Part shown: positions 13,344 to 22,963 of the stretch, piece by piece
Layout: every line of letters starts with the position of its first letter
Numbering within the stretch: position 1 is the first letter of the stretch
DNA from: an uncultured Acidobacteriota bacterium
GTDB lineage: Bacteria; Acidobacteriota; Thermoanaerobaculia; Multivoradales; UBA5704
Direction: 5' to 3'
Length of the DNA stretch: 64,000 nucleotides
NCBI GenBank assembly: GCA_963770895.1
Contig: CAVYRF010000002.1
Coordinates: forward strand, 2,240,001-2,304,000
Translations under genes and position numbers: made by a program
The notes under the pieces: generated by a model
The model's input: only the letters and a program-made list of their open reading frames with translations
Databases searched by the model: none
What the model was told of the DNA's origin: nothing

Positions 13344-13370
13344 CCGCCAGGCTCGGCAAGGGCCTGGCGG
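13344..13370 (+). terminator. GC-rich hairpin after atpC without a U-tract (pause, stability or terminator element)
   Basis: ccgccaggc-tcggcaagg-gcctggcgg, perfect 9-bp stem. Confidence 0.35.
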
Positions 13371-13391
13371 CAGCTCCCACGCGGGGCGCCG

Positions 13392-14060
13392 GTGCAATAC
13401 AGTGCACGGGTGCCCGCACACTCCGAATACGAGCCGCTGTTCGCCGACCAGCGCCCGGCGCTCGACGACCTGGCCGCCGTCCAGGACCTCTTTCGCGCCG
13501 CGGGAGGCCCCTACCTGCGCTCCTGGTGGTCGTGGGTGGTCTGGGCCTGCGTGCTGCCGGCGGCGGCGCTGGCAACCGGCCCGGCGATGGCCCGCTCCGG
13601 CCCGTCCGGAGTGCTCTTCACCTGGTCCCTGGCCATCCTCTTCGCCGGCGCCATCGAAATCGCCGCCATCCGCCGCGGCCGCCGGCGCGACGCCCAAGCC
13701 GCCGGCGAAGGCGCCGGGCCGGCGGCCGGCCGGTCCCTGCTGGCCGCCTGGGCCCTGCGCACCCAGGGCAACCTCTCCCTGGTAGCCCTGGCCCTTTCGG
13801 TCCTGCTCATCTGGCAAGACCTGGCCTGGGCCCTCCCCGGCCTATGGCTGCTGCTCCTGGGCCACTCCTTCTTCATGCTGGGAGGCATCGCCTTCCCCCC
13901 CTTCAAACGCTACGGCCTCGCCTACCAGCTGGGCGGCATCGCCGCCCTCTGGCCCAACGGCACACCCCTCACCGCCTTCGCCCTAACCACCGCCGCCGCC
14001 AACCTCTGGATGGGCTGGGCCGTCTGGCGCGAAGCCCACGCCGCGGACGGTGGTCGATAA
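13392..14060 (+). CDS. Hypothetical multi-pass membrane protein
   Basis: 222-aa ORF with about 6 hydrophobic segments; start uncertain. Confidence 0.7.
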   Translation: MQYSARVPAHSEYEPLFADQRPALDDLAAVQDLFRAAGGPYLRSWWSWVVWACVLPAAALATGPAMARSGPSGVLFTWSLAILFAGAIEIAAIRRGRRRDAQAAGEGAGPAAGRSLLAAWALRTQGNLSLVALALSVLLIWQDLAWALPGLWLLLLGHSFFMLGGIAFPPFKRYGLAYQLGGIAALWPNGTPLTAFALTTAAANLWMGWAVWREAHAADGGR

Positions 14061-14143
14061 CGCATCCGTCCCCTCGGCGAAAGACGGCCCCGAGCGCATA
14101 CTACCTACGCGGGCAACCTTGTATGGAGGGAGGGCTCGACCTG

Positions 14144-14968
14144 ATGAGATACGTCTCCGTCGCAGCCGCGACTGTTCTCTTCCCCTTGCTACTTCTTACC
14201 CCGGCGCAGCCAGCAGCTGGCCAAGGGCGCTCCTCTGCGGTTCCAGTGGACGCACCTGATGTAGTTCCGGGTTCTGGGATGGCTCTCTGGGTTTCGGCGA
14301 AGGCGGCGGCCGATCCTGACACGGTGATCAAGTGGAGCCTTTTCGGCGAGCATGCTGAGGCGCTGCAGGCCGACGTTCGAGCCCAGGATGAACCTGGTGA
14401 GCGTCCGAAGAAGCGCGGGAGCACCGAGGCCGTGGAAATCCCGGAGAAGGACTGCTCGACCCACACAATCTGCTCAGACTTCAGTGAGGCTCCCGATCCC
14501 TCTTTGACCCTTCCGCGACTGATCGCCAGGTCAACCGGCGGGATCTACGCCGGCACCGTCATCGCCGTGACGCCGGGTTTCTATCTGCAGGCGCCTGCCG
14601 AGCTTCTTACGGTCAGCGTTGACGAGGTTCTGCACGCCGCGTCAGCTCATCCGCAGGCGCCGCCGCAGCTCTACCTCCTCTACGGGGTCGCTCATTTCCG
14701 GATCGGGGCCTACAGCTTCTGCGGCCAATGGAGCGATCGATGGGGAGAGCCGGTGGCCGGCAATCGAATTCTCATCTTTGCCGACGAGTCGGTTCAACCT
14801 GACAGGGGGTTCATCCTGCCTTCTGCCGAGAACCAGCTGCTCATGGAAACCAAGAGCGGTCTCTACGTGCCGGCCGCTTTGCGGCGCCCGGGTGCGCCGC
14901 TCGAGGTGACTACGTTTGGCGAAGCCGTGGCGGTCGTCCGGCAAGCCGTTGCCGCGGCAGAGCCATGA
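14144..14968 (+). CDS. Hypothetical secreted protein with atypical composition
   Basis: GGAGG upstream; signal peptide 'MRYVSVAAATVLFPLLLLTPAQPAAG'; more A/T-ending codons than its neighbours. Confidence 0.65.
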   Translation: MRYVSVAAATVLFPLLLLTPAQPAAGQGRSSAVPVDAPDVVPGSGMALWVSAKAAADPDTVIKWSLFGEHAEALQADVRAQDEPGERPKKRGSTEAVEIPEKDCSTHTICSDFSEAPDPSLTLPRLIARSTGGIYAGTVIAVTPGFYLQAPAELLTVSVDEVLHAASAHPQAPPQLYLLYGVAHFRIGAYSFCGQWSDRWGEPVAGNRILIFADESVQPDRGFILPSAENQLLMETKSGLYVPAALRRPGAPLEVTTFGEAVAVVRQAVAAAEP

Positions 14969-15055
14969 CTTGCGGCCCTGCGAGCTGCCCTGCCGACCTG
15001 TCGCAATGGCAGGCAGTGCGTTCGTGCACGGAGGGTGCGCGGGCTGGCCGCGGGA

Positions 15056-15814
15056 TCAGCGGGCGGCGGGAGCGGTGAGGGAGGTGTGGGAGCCGCTGAG
15101 GCGGTCGGCCAGGGAGCGGCCGGTGAGGGCTAGGAGGGTGGGGAGGCCCAGGGTGGCGAGGGTGAGGAGGGCGCCCAGCCAGCGGCGGGCGGTCTGGTCG
15201 AAGCTGAGGGGCTCGCCGTCGGTGCTTTGGGAGGTGAGGCCGGCCCAGGTCATGCCCAGGGTGTGGCCCCAGAAGGCCAGGGGTATGACGGTGTAGAGGA
15301 AGGAGAAGGCCACCAGGAAGACGACTCCGGCGGGCCAGTCGTGGGCGATGGGGAAGACGCCCAGGTAGCGGCAGGCGACAAAGGTCAGGATGCCGACGGC
15401 GGCGTGAACCAGCAGGTCGGCGGCTCCGGCGGCCAGGCGGCGGCCGACGCCGGCGCGGGGGTCGGCGGGTGCGGGTGCCGCGGCGGTGGTCAGGGCGCGG
15501 CCGGCCGCTTGCTGGGTCTGGTTACGGGCGGGCGCGGTCTGAGTGCTGCCGGCGCGGCCCTTGGCACCAGAGGCACGATCGCTGGCGTAGGTGCGGTCGG
15601 CACGGCCGGCGCGATCCATGTGGTCGGCGGGATCGGACAGGTCGGCGGTGTCGCGCTGGCCGCGAGCGGCGGCTCGGTCGCCGCGCGGCTCGCGCTTGCG
15701 CTGGGTGTCGCGGGCTTGCCGGGGGTCCTGGGGGTCGTCTTCGGCCTGGTCGTCGCGGGCCGGCCGGTCGAGCGGCAGGTCGAAGAGCAGGGGTTCCTGG
15801 TCGGAGCGGCGCAT
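15056..15814 (-). CDS. RDD family membrane protein
   Basis: 'RAGVGRRLAAGAADLLV...WGHTLGMTWAGL...RSLADRLSGS'; TGATG coupling to the upstream gene. Confidence 0.8.
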   Translation of the reverse strand: MRRSDQEPLLFDLPLDRPARDDQAEDDPQDPRQARDTQRKREPRGDRAAARGQRDTADLSDPADHMDRAGRADRTYASDRASGAKGRAGSTQTAPARNQTQQAAGRALTTAAAPAPADPRAGVGRRLAAGAADLLVHAAVGILTFVACRYLGVFPIAHDWPAGVVFLVAFSFLYTVIPLAFWGHTLGMTWAGLTSQSTDGEPLSFDQTARRWLGALLTLATLGLPTLLALTGRSLADRLSGSHTSLTAPAAR

Positions 15815-18246
15815 CAGCGAATCGGGAGGTACTTCACGTAGATACGATAGAGCATATCGGTGCTGTGCTCCAGATAGGTCTGGGCGAACAGCAGCTGGCG
15901 ATTGAGATCCGGGTCGTCGGGCGCCAGGGTTTTGGCTTCGCCGAACTTCTTGACCGCGTCGGCGGCGTCGTTGTGCTGGAGGTCGCGGACGCCCAGGTCG
16001 TAGTAGCTGTCGACGATCATGCGGGTGACGTCTTTGTTGGCCGGATTGGCTTCGTGGAGCTGCCATAGCTGCGGCAGGGCGAACTCCCAGTCGTGGCCGC
16101 GGAAGAGCGCCAGCGGTCGCTCGATCGGCTGCAGCTTGGCCTTGGCGTCGGCCAGCTGGAAGGCGTCGGTGGCGTCCAGCTTGGCCAGGCGGTCGGCGGC
16201 TTCGAAACGCTCGGCGGCGAGCAGGAAAGTGCCGTTCTGGTAGGCCCTTCGGCCTTCGGCGATGAGCTGTTGGCGGCGGTCGACGTCGGTGCCAAGGGCG
16301 CCAGGGGCGCCGGCGGTGACGGTACCGGGGGCGCCGGGCGCTCCTGCTGCCTGGTCCGCGCCGGGCGCGGCTCCCGCCGGCTGGGATTCTTCCTGCAGCC
16401 ACTTGGCGATCAGCGCCTGCGCCTCTTTGTAGTGCGGGTCGCCCGCCGGCACGCGGCGCAGCTGCGCCAGGGCCATGGAGGTCTTGCCCGCCGCATGAAG
16501 CTTGGTGGCGCGCGGCACCGGGTTGGGCGCGGCGGCAACCGCTGCCGGCTCGTCGGGGCGGGAGTTGGGGAACCACTGTTCACGCTTCTGGTAGATAAAC
16601 CAACCCACCGCCAGGACCAGCAACAGCACGGCGCCGCCGAAGCCGATAAACCGCAGCCGCGCGTGATGTTCCTGCCCCGGCGCGGCGCTCATCGAGCGCA
16701 CCTCGCGGCGCGACTCGGAGCTGCCGTGCGGGCCGACTTCGGGTGGGACCAGGATCTCTTCCTTGAGATCCTGACCTGCGCCGGCAGCGCCGGCGAGGGA
16801 CGCATCGCCCGCCATGGCATCCGCCGGATGGCCGAAGCTGCCGTCCACGGCGCCGGGCGCCGGGCCCGTGGATGGTGGCGCGTAGAGGCCGGGCGGCGGC
16901 GCCGGCGAGGCGCCGAGCGGGCTCATCCCCGGCATGCCCACTCCAGCCTGCCGCGACGCTGCGCCGGAGGCGACCGCGGGCGGCACGCCAGGCATTGCGC
17001 CGCCGGCGCGCCCCGCGGGCGCCGGCCGGCCGGGGGGCGGCGTGGCGCGGAAGTTGAGGTTGCCGTCGGCCAGCTGCTGGAGGTATTCGCGCGCCTGCAC
17101 GTGGCCGGGATTGAGCTCGACCACGCGCTGAAAGGAGCGCTGCGCCGCTGCGGCGTCGCCGGCTTCGAGGTGGGCCAGGCCGTCGTGGAAGGATTCTTCC
17201 ACCTGGCGGTCGCGCTCGGCCTTGATGCGTCGCGCGGCTTCGATGCGGTGGGCTGCCTCCTGGTGGTCGATGTCGATCAGGAAGATCCGCGACCAGGCGT
17301 CCACGGCCGCCTGCGGGTCGCCGCCGTCGAGCGCGGCCTGACCTTCGTCGAGCAGCTGCTGGATGCGGCGCTCGCTCTCGGAGTCGCCGGTGCGCTGTGG
17401 CGCGAACAGAGTTGAAGCCGCCGGCGGGAACGCCGTCGCGCCTGACGGCGCCGCGGGCGGTGCGTCCAGGTTGAAGCCGGCGCTCGCCGCCGGCTGGAAC
17501 GCCGGCGCCGCGGTGGCGGTGGCTGCGGCAGGCGGTGCGGCGATCGTCGGCCGGCCGGTGGTGGCGCCTGCCGGTTTGGCGGCGGCTCTGCCCCCGCCCG
17601 ACAGCTCGGCAATGCCGGGGTGGGTGGGGTCGAGCGACCGCGCCTTTTCGATCAGACGGCCCGCTTCGGCGGCGTTGCCGCTGCGCATCGCGTCGCGCGC
17701 CGAGGTCAGGAAGCGGTTGACGTAAGGCGCCGCCTCCTGCCGCTCATGCGCCAGCGCTACGAGCCGCTGCAACGCCTGGTCGTGCGCGGCCTCGGGCCCG
17801 GCCTGGGCGGCGCGCATCTGGACCTCCTGGAACTTGCGCTCGGCGAGCAGGGTTTCCAGGTCATCGTACAGGCCGGCGCTGACGCCGGTCGGGTGTTCAG
17901 GCAGGTCGGGGAGATCGAGCGACAGCCCTTCGAAGTCAGCCCAGGGAGCGGCTCCCGGCGCCACTTCCAGCGGTTCCAGCAGGCGGCCCTGGGGTACCGG
18001 CGCCGGGGCGGCGCCGCTCTCGAAGTTGCGCAGGTCTTCGACGGCGACAGGGCCGATGGCGCCCTCCAGCCGCTCCTGCAGCCGGCGCGCCGGCTCGAAG
18101 AGCGGGTCCATGCGGAGCACGAAATCGCAGCCCAGCAGCGCTTCCTGCCGGCTGCCCTTTTCTGCCAGCCCGAGCGTATGTTCGAAAGTACTACGGATGC
18201 GCGTCTGGACGTCTGAGGGCAGCGAGGAGTTCCCTGGATAAGTCAT
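15814..18246 (-). CDS. TPR-like helical-repeat membrane-anchored protein
   Basis: Start MTYPGNSSL; TPR-like segments 'AAQRSFQRVVELNPGHVQAREYL' and 'ARSLDPTHPG'; single TM 'FIGFGGAVLLLVLAVGWFIY'; Pro/Ala linkers. Confidence 0.75.
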   Translation of the reverse strand: MTYPGNSSLPSDVQTRIRSTFEHTLGLAEKGSRQEALLGCDFVLRMDPLFEPARRLQERLEGAIGPVAVEDLRNFESGAAPAPVPQGRLLEPLEVAPGAAPWADFEGLSLDLPDLPEHPTGVSAGLYDDLETLLAERKFQEVQMRAAQAGPEAAHDQALQRLVALAHERQEAAPYVNRFLTSARDAMRSGNAAEAGRLIEKARSLDPTHPGIAELSGGGRAAAKPAGATTGRPTIAAPPAAATATAAPAFQPAASAGFNLDAPPAAPSGATAFPPAASTLFAPQRTGDSESERRIQQLLDEGQAALDGGDPQAAVDAWSRIFLIDIDHQEAAHRIEAARRIKAERDRQVEESFHDGLAHLEAGDAAAAQRSFQRVVELNPGHVQAREYLQQLADGNLNFRATPPPGRPAPAGRAGGAMPGVPPAVASGAASRQAGVGMPGMSPLGASPAPPPGLYAPPSTGPAPGAVDGSFGHPADAMAGDASLAGAAGAGQDLKEEILVPPEVGPHGSSESRREVRSMSAAPGQEHHARLRFIGFGGAVLLLVLAVGWFIYQKREQWFPNSRPDEPAAVAAAPNPVPRATKLHAAGKTSMALAQLRRVPAGDPHYKEAQALIAKWLQEESQPAGAAPGADQAAGAPGAPGTVTAGAPGALGTDVDRRQQLIAEGRRAYQNGTFLLAAERFEAADRLAKLDATDAFQLADAKAKLQPIERPLALFRGHDWEFALPQLWQLHEANPANKDVTRMIVDSYYDLGVRDLQHNDAADAVKKFGEAKTLAPDDPDLNRQLLFAQTYLEHSTDMLYRIYVKYLPIR

Positions 18247-18328
18247 CTTCTTGGCAAAGGCGGCACGGACCGGGCGTATGGTACCAGGACGGCTATGCCC
18301 GCACAACGCGGGATAAACTCCTGCCACC

Positions 18329-19231
18329 GTGGCGCCGCTCGAATGTGTCCCCAACCTGAGCGAAGGTCGGCGGACGGAGGTCGTGGCGCGGCTGGCCGCG
18401 GCGGCCGCCGGCCCCGGCGTCCGGCTGCTCGACGTCAACTCCGATCCCGACCACAACCGCACGGTGCTGACCCTGGCCGGCGAGCCCGACGCGCTCATCG
18501 CCGGCGTCCTCGCCCTCTACGAGGCGGCGTTGCGCGACATCGACCTGCGCCAACACCAGGGGGTGCATCCGCGCGTCGGCGCCGTGGACGTGGTGCCGTT
18601 CGTGCCGCTCGACGGCACGCCGATGGCGGTGGCGGTCAACGCCGCCCATCGCCTGGGGCGGGAGGTGGCGCGCCGCTTCGACCTGCCGGTCTTCCTGTAC
18701 GAGGAGGCGGCCGCGCTGCCGCACCGCCGGGCCCTGGCAACGATCCGGCGCGGCGGCCCCCAGGGCCTGGCCGCCAGGCTGAGCGACCCCCAGTGGTCCC
18801 CCGACTACGGCCCGGCGCGGCTGCACCCCAGCGCCGGCGCCACGGTGGTCGGCGCCCGCTTCTTCCTGATCGCCTGCAACGCGCTGCTGGATACTGCCGA
18901 CGTGGCGGTGGCGCGCGCCGTCGCGGCGGCCGTCCGCGAATCGGGCGGCGGCCTGCCGGCGGTGCGGGCGCTGGGGTTCTACCTGCCCAGCCGCGGCTGC
19001 GCCCAGGTGAGCATGAACCTGGTCGACTTCCGCCGCACCTCCCTGGCCGTGCTGCTGGCGCGCGTCCGCCAGGAGGCGGCGGCGCGCGGCGCGCGAGTCA
19101 CCGCCGGCGAGCTGGTGGGTCTGCTGCCGCGGCAGGCGGCGCTCGACGTGGTGCGCGACGCCCTGCAGCTGCCGGACCTGGCGCCCGACCGCCTGCTCGA
19201 AGAGCGCCTGCTAGCTGCCGCCGGCGCCTGA
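18329..19231 (+). CDS. ftcD: Glutamate formimidoyltransferase
   Basis: 'LECVPNLSEGR', 'DPDHNRTV', 'HQGVHPRVGAVDVVPFVP', 'AQVSMNL'. Confidence 0.93.
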   Translation: MAPLECVPNLSEGRRTEVVARLAAAAAGPGVRLLDVNSDPDHNRTVLTLAGEPDALIAGVLALYEAALRDIDLRQHQGVHPRVGAVDVVPFVPLDGTPMAVAVNAAHRLGREVARRFDLPVFLYEEAAALPHRRALATIRRGGPQGLAARLSDPQWSPDYGPARLHPSAGATVVGARFFLIACNALLDTADVAVARAVAAAVRESGGGLPAVRALGFYLPSRGCAQVSMNLVDFRRTSLAVLLARVRQEAAARGARVTAGELVGLLPRQAALDVVRDALQLPDLAPDRLLEERLLAAAGA

Positions 19232-20683
19232 GGCCTGCTGGGGCGGCGCGGCGGCGGGGCGATCGCCGGCGGGCTCGGCCGCCAGCGCCGCGAGGAGCCG
19301 CCGCGGCATGCCGTCGAAGGCTCCGGACGACATGGTGACCAGCACGTCGCCGGGACGGCTGGCGGCCACCGCCGCGGCGAGCAGGGCACCGGTGTCGGCG
19401 GCGGCGTGCGCCGGCACGGCGTCCGCGGTGAGCGCCGCGGTGAGCGCGGCCAGGTCGAGCTGCTCTTCCGGGCGCAGGCGGCTGCTGTAGTAGGCGGGCG
19501 CGAACAGCACCAGCCCGGCGCCGGCAAAGGCCTGCCGGTAGGCGTCGAAAAACATGGCGCGGCCGGCGGTCAGGCTGCGCGGCTCGAAGATCGCCACCAG
19601 CCGGCGGCCGGGGTAGCGCTGGGCGAGCGCCGCCAGGGTCTTGCCGACCGCGGTCGGGTGGTGGGCAAAGTCGTCGACCACGGTGACGCCGCGAGCGGTG
19701 CCGAGCTCTTCGAGCCGCCGCTTGACGCCGTGGAACGTCCCCATCGCCGCCGCCACCGCCGCGGCGGGCAGCCCGTCGCGCCGCGCCGCCGCCCACACCG
19801 CCAGGGCGTTGGCGACGTTGTGGCCGCCGGCCAGCGGCAGCTCGACCTGGACCTCTCCCCCTGCGCCGTCCCCCAGGGCGAAGCGGCAGCCGCCGGGCAG
19901 CGCGGCAAAACCGTCGAGAGGCCGCAGATCGTTGCCCGGCTCGAGGCCGTAGAGCAGCACCGGGCAGGGCGCCTGCCGCGCCAAATGGCGCACGTCGTCG
20001 CTGTCGCCACACGCCACCAGCAGGCCGCTCGGCGGCAGCTGCGCGATGGCGCGCGCGTAGGCATCGCGCAGCGCCGCCGGGCTGGGGTAGAGGTCGGCGT
20101 GGTCGTATTCGACGCTGGTGACGATCAGGGTTTCGGCCTGGTAGTGCAGGAACTTGGCGCCGCGGTCGAAATAGGCGGCGTTGTACTCGTCCCCTTCGAC
20201 GATGAAGCGGTCGCCGCTGCCGGCCGCGAAGCTCCCGTCCAGGTCGTGAGGGGCGCCGCCGATCAGATAGCCCGGCGCCGCGCCGCACCGGCTGTACACC
20301 CATGCCGCGAGCGCCGTGGTGGTGGTCTTGCCGTGGGTGCCGGCGACCACCAGGGAGCGGCGCCCGGTCAGGAAGAAGCGGGCGAGCGCCTGGGGCATCG
20401 AAACCAGCGGCAGGCCCAGCCCCTCCGCCGCCACGGCTTCGGGGTTGTCGCGGCGCACCGCGTTGCCCACCACCACCAGGTCGGGCGGCGGGTCCAGGTG
20501 GGCAGCGTCAAAGCCGACGTGGGGGCGGATGCCGGCGCGATCGAGCAGCGCGCTCATCGGCGGGTACAACGGCCCATCCGAACCTGAGACCCGATGGCCT
20601 TGCTCTTGCAGCAGGCAGGCCAGGGGCGCCATGCCCGTGCCGCCAATCGCGATCATGTAGATGTCCAGCCGGTCCGTCTGCAT
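19211..20683 (-). CDS. mpl: Murein peptide ligase (UDP-MurNAc:tripeptide ligase)
   Basis: 'AIGGTGMAPLA', 'YPPMS', 'AGTHGKTTTT', 'EGDEYNAAYFDRGAKF', 'DDFAHHPTA', 'FEPRS'. Confidence 0.9.
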   Translation of the reverse strand: MQTDRLDIYMIAIGGTGMAPLACLLQEQGHRVSGSDGPLYPPMSALLDRAGIRPHVGFDAAHLDPPPDLVVVGNAVRRDNPEAVAAEGLGLPLVSMPQALARFFLTGRRSLVVAGTHGKTTTTALAAWVYSRCGAAPGYLIGGAPHDLDGSFAAGSGDRFIVEGDEYNAAYFDRGAKFLHYQAETLIVTSVEYDHADLYPSPAALRDAYARAIAQLPPSGLLVACGDSDDVRHLARQAPCPVLLYGLEPGNDLRPLDGFAALPGGCRFALGDGAGGEVQVELPLAGGHNVANALAVWAAARRDGLPAAAVAAAMGTFHGVKRRLEELGTARGVTVVDDFAHHPTAVGKTLAALAQRYPGRRLVAIFEPRSLTAGRAMFFDAYRQAFAGAGLVLFAPAYYSSRLRPEEQLDLAALTAALTADAVPAHAAADTGALLAAAVAASRPGDVLVTMSSGAFDGMPRRLLAALAAEPAGDRPAAAPPQQASGAGGS

Positions 20684-20852
20684 CGGCCTTTGGCCTCCGG
20701 GTCCAGGGGCGGATCGCTTGGCGGCGGCTGGCTGCGCAGGCGGCAGTCGCTTGCGCCGGGGGACTTTCCGCTGGCGGGCGCCGAGTGTAGCATCGGTGCT
20801 TGGTGTACCGATGTGGACCGCAGATCGCTTTCGAGCAAGGAGCTGGCCTGTC

Positions 20853-21938
20853 ATGAAGCGTCATCCCAAGCCTGTCATTTTGGCACTCGTCGCCCTGTTG
20901 CCGGTGGGGCTCGTCGCCGCCGCGGCGTTCGTCACCGTCGCGGTCCCCTCCCAGGCGACACCGGCCGCCGCCGTGGCAGCCCCCGGCAATGCCGGCGGTC
21001 TGCACGGCAAGGCCGTCGCGATCGAACCGATCAAGGACGTCGGGTCCGTCGCCAAGGGCGACAAGGTGACGCAGGACTTCGAGATCCGCAATGACGGCAC
21101 GGTGCCGCTCAAGATCGTCGACGTCAAGCCCGCCTGCGGCTGCACGGTCGCCAGCTTCGACAAGACGATCGCGCCCGGCAAGACCGGCAAGGTGCACGTG
21201 GTGGTCGACACGGTGAGCTTCAACGGCCCCATCTCCAAGGGGGTCACCGTCTACACCGACGACCCCACCAATGCCGAGATCGATCTCACCGTGAGGGTCA
21301 AGGTGGAGCCCTTCATCGTGGTGCAGCCGGGCTACGCCCGCTACGTCACGGTGCGCGGCGAATCCAAGGAAGGCACCATCGTCCAGACGCTGTGGGCCCC
21401 CGACGGGCTGCCGATGGACGTGGTCAAGGTGGACTCGCCGTTCCCCTACCTGACGGTGAGCTTCCGCGAGGCGCAGGAGGGCGAGCGGGTCAAGGACGTG
21501 AAGGTCAAGCAGTGGCGCGTCGAATCCCTGCTGTCCAACGAAGCGCCGGTCGGCCCGCTGGCCGGCATGGTGGTGGTCCATACCACCCATCCCAAGCAGA
21601 AAGAGGTGGACATCCCGATCACCGGCTTCGTGCGGCCGATCATCGCGGTGACCCCGCCCAAGGGCGACTTCGGCCAGATCGAGGTCAAGGAGCCGCTGCG
21701 CCGGGTGCTCGAGGTGAAGACCTTCTCGACCGAACCGATCAAGCTGCTGGGCATCGACCCGATCGGCAAGGGAATCGAAGCCAAGCTGGAACCGGTGGAA
21801 GAAGGCCGGCGCTACGAAGTGCGGCTGACCCTCAACCCCGACATGCCCAAGGGGCCGTTCCACGACAAGCTCACCATCCACACCGACAGCGCCAAGTCGC
21901 CGGTGGTCGAAGTGGAGCTGTCCGGCACCGTCCTGTAG
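20853..21938 (+). CDS. DUF1573 (Ig-like) domain exported protein
   Basis: AAGGAG RBS, signal peptide, 'IRNDGTVPLKIVDVKPACGCTVASFDKTIAPGKTG'. Confidence 0.85.
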   Translation: MKRHPKPVILALVALLPVGLVAAAAFVTVAVPSQATPAAAVAAPGNAGGLHGKAVAIEPIKDVGSVAKGDKVTQDFEIRNDGTVPLKIVDVKPACGCTVASFDKTIAPGKTGKVHVVVDTVSFNGPISKGVTVYTDDPTNAEIDLTVRVKVEPFIVVQPGYARYVTVRGESKEGTIVQTLWAPDGLPMDVVKVDSPFPYLTVSFREAQEGERVKDVKVKQWRVESLLSNEAPVGPLAGMVVVHTTHPKQKEVDIPITGFVRPIIAVTPPKGDFGQIEVKEPLRRVLEVKTFSTEPIKLLGIDPIGKGIEAKLEPVEEGRRYEVRLTLNPDMPKGPFHDKLTIHTDSAKSPVVEVELSGTVL

Positions 21939-22024
21939 CAGCGCCCTTTTCCACCCTGAGAGCAGACTGCCCGCCGGCGCCGGTGCCTTTTACCGCGCGC
22001 CGGCGCCGCTGCGCCGTCGACGGA

Positions 22025-22852
22025 CTACGGCGGGCCCCACAGCTCGCTTTCCCGCTTGGGCGGCGCCTGCCGCCGCTGGCCGCGGGCGCGCACCTCCGCC
22101 ACCGCCGCCATGGTCGGTTGCAGCGCGGCGCGCTGCACCGCCACCAGCTGCGCGATGCCGCCGAACGCCAGGTCGAGCAGGGAGTCCATCTCCTGGCGCT
22201 GGAAGCTGCGCCGCTCGCCGGTTCCCTGCACCTCCACCAGCGCGCCGCCGGCGGTCGCCACGACGTTCATGTCGACTTCGGCTTCGCGGTCCTCTTCGTA
22301 TTCCAGGTCGAGCGCCGCGGCGCCGCCCACGATGCCGACCGAAACCGCCGCCAGCTCGTCGGTCAGCGGCCAGCTCTTGATGTCGTCCGCCAGCAGCATG
22401 CGGCCGCAGGCGATCGCCAGGGCGACATAGGCGCCGGTGATCGCCGCGGTGCGGGTGCCGCCGTCGGCTTGCAGCACGTCGCAGTCCAGGGTGATGGTGC
22501 GGTCGGCGATGGCGGCGCCGTCGACCACCGAGCGCAAGCTGCGCCCGATCAGGCGCTGGATCTCGGCGGTGCGGCCGGAGGGACGTCCCTGGGTGACCTC
22601 GCGCGCCGTCCTGGTGTGGGTGGCGCGCGGCAGCATCGAGTATTCGGCGGTGACCCAGCCGCGGCCGGATTCCTTGAGAAACGCGGGCACGCGGTTGTCG
22701 ACGCTGGCCGCGACCAGCACGCGGGTCTGGCCGAGCTCGATCAGCGCCGATCCTTCGGCAAACTGGAGCACGTCGATGGTGATGCTGCATGGGCGCAGGG
22801 CGTCGAAGGCGCGGCCGTTGCCGCGGCGAAGTGGCGTTGTCGGCGAAGTCAT
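22025..22852 (-). CDS. rph: Ribonuclease PH
   Basis: 'GWVTAEYSMLPRATHTR', 'EIQRLIGRSLR', 'DCDVLQADGGTRTAAITG', 'DMNVV'. Confidence 0.97.
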   Translation of the reverse strand: MTSPTTPLRRGNGRAFDALRPCSITIDVLQFAEGSALIELGQTRVLVAASVDNRVPAFLKESGRGWVTAEYSMLPRATHTRTAREVTQGRPSGRTAEIQRLIGRSLRSVVDGAAIADRTITLDCDVLQADGGTRTAAITGAYVALAIACGRMLLADDIKSWPLTDELAAVSVGIVGGAAALDLEYEEDREAEVDMNVVATAGGALVEVQGTGERRSFQRQEMDSLLDLAFGGIAQLVAVQRAALQPTMAAVAEVRARGQRRQAPPKRESELWGPP

Positions 22853-22901
22853 GGGCGCATTGTAGCGGACCGGCTGCCACCTGTCCGTCGCACCGCACGA
22901 C

Positions 22902-22928
22902 TCATCCGAATCCGCGGCGACCCACGTA
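22902..22928 (+). promoter_or_regulatory. Candidate SigK-type ECF promoter (-35 TCATCC, -10 CGTA)
   Basis: tcatcc-N17-cgta ending 35 bp before the DUF4331 start. Resembles the CATCC/CG(A/T)A SigK-type consensus, and a candidate cognate sigma is in the same cluster. Confidence 0.5.
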
Positions 22929-22963
22929 CAGTGGATGGACAGATGAGAGAGGAGACCTAAAAC

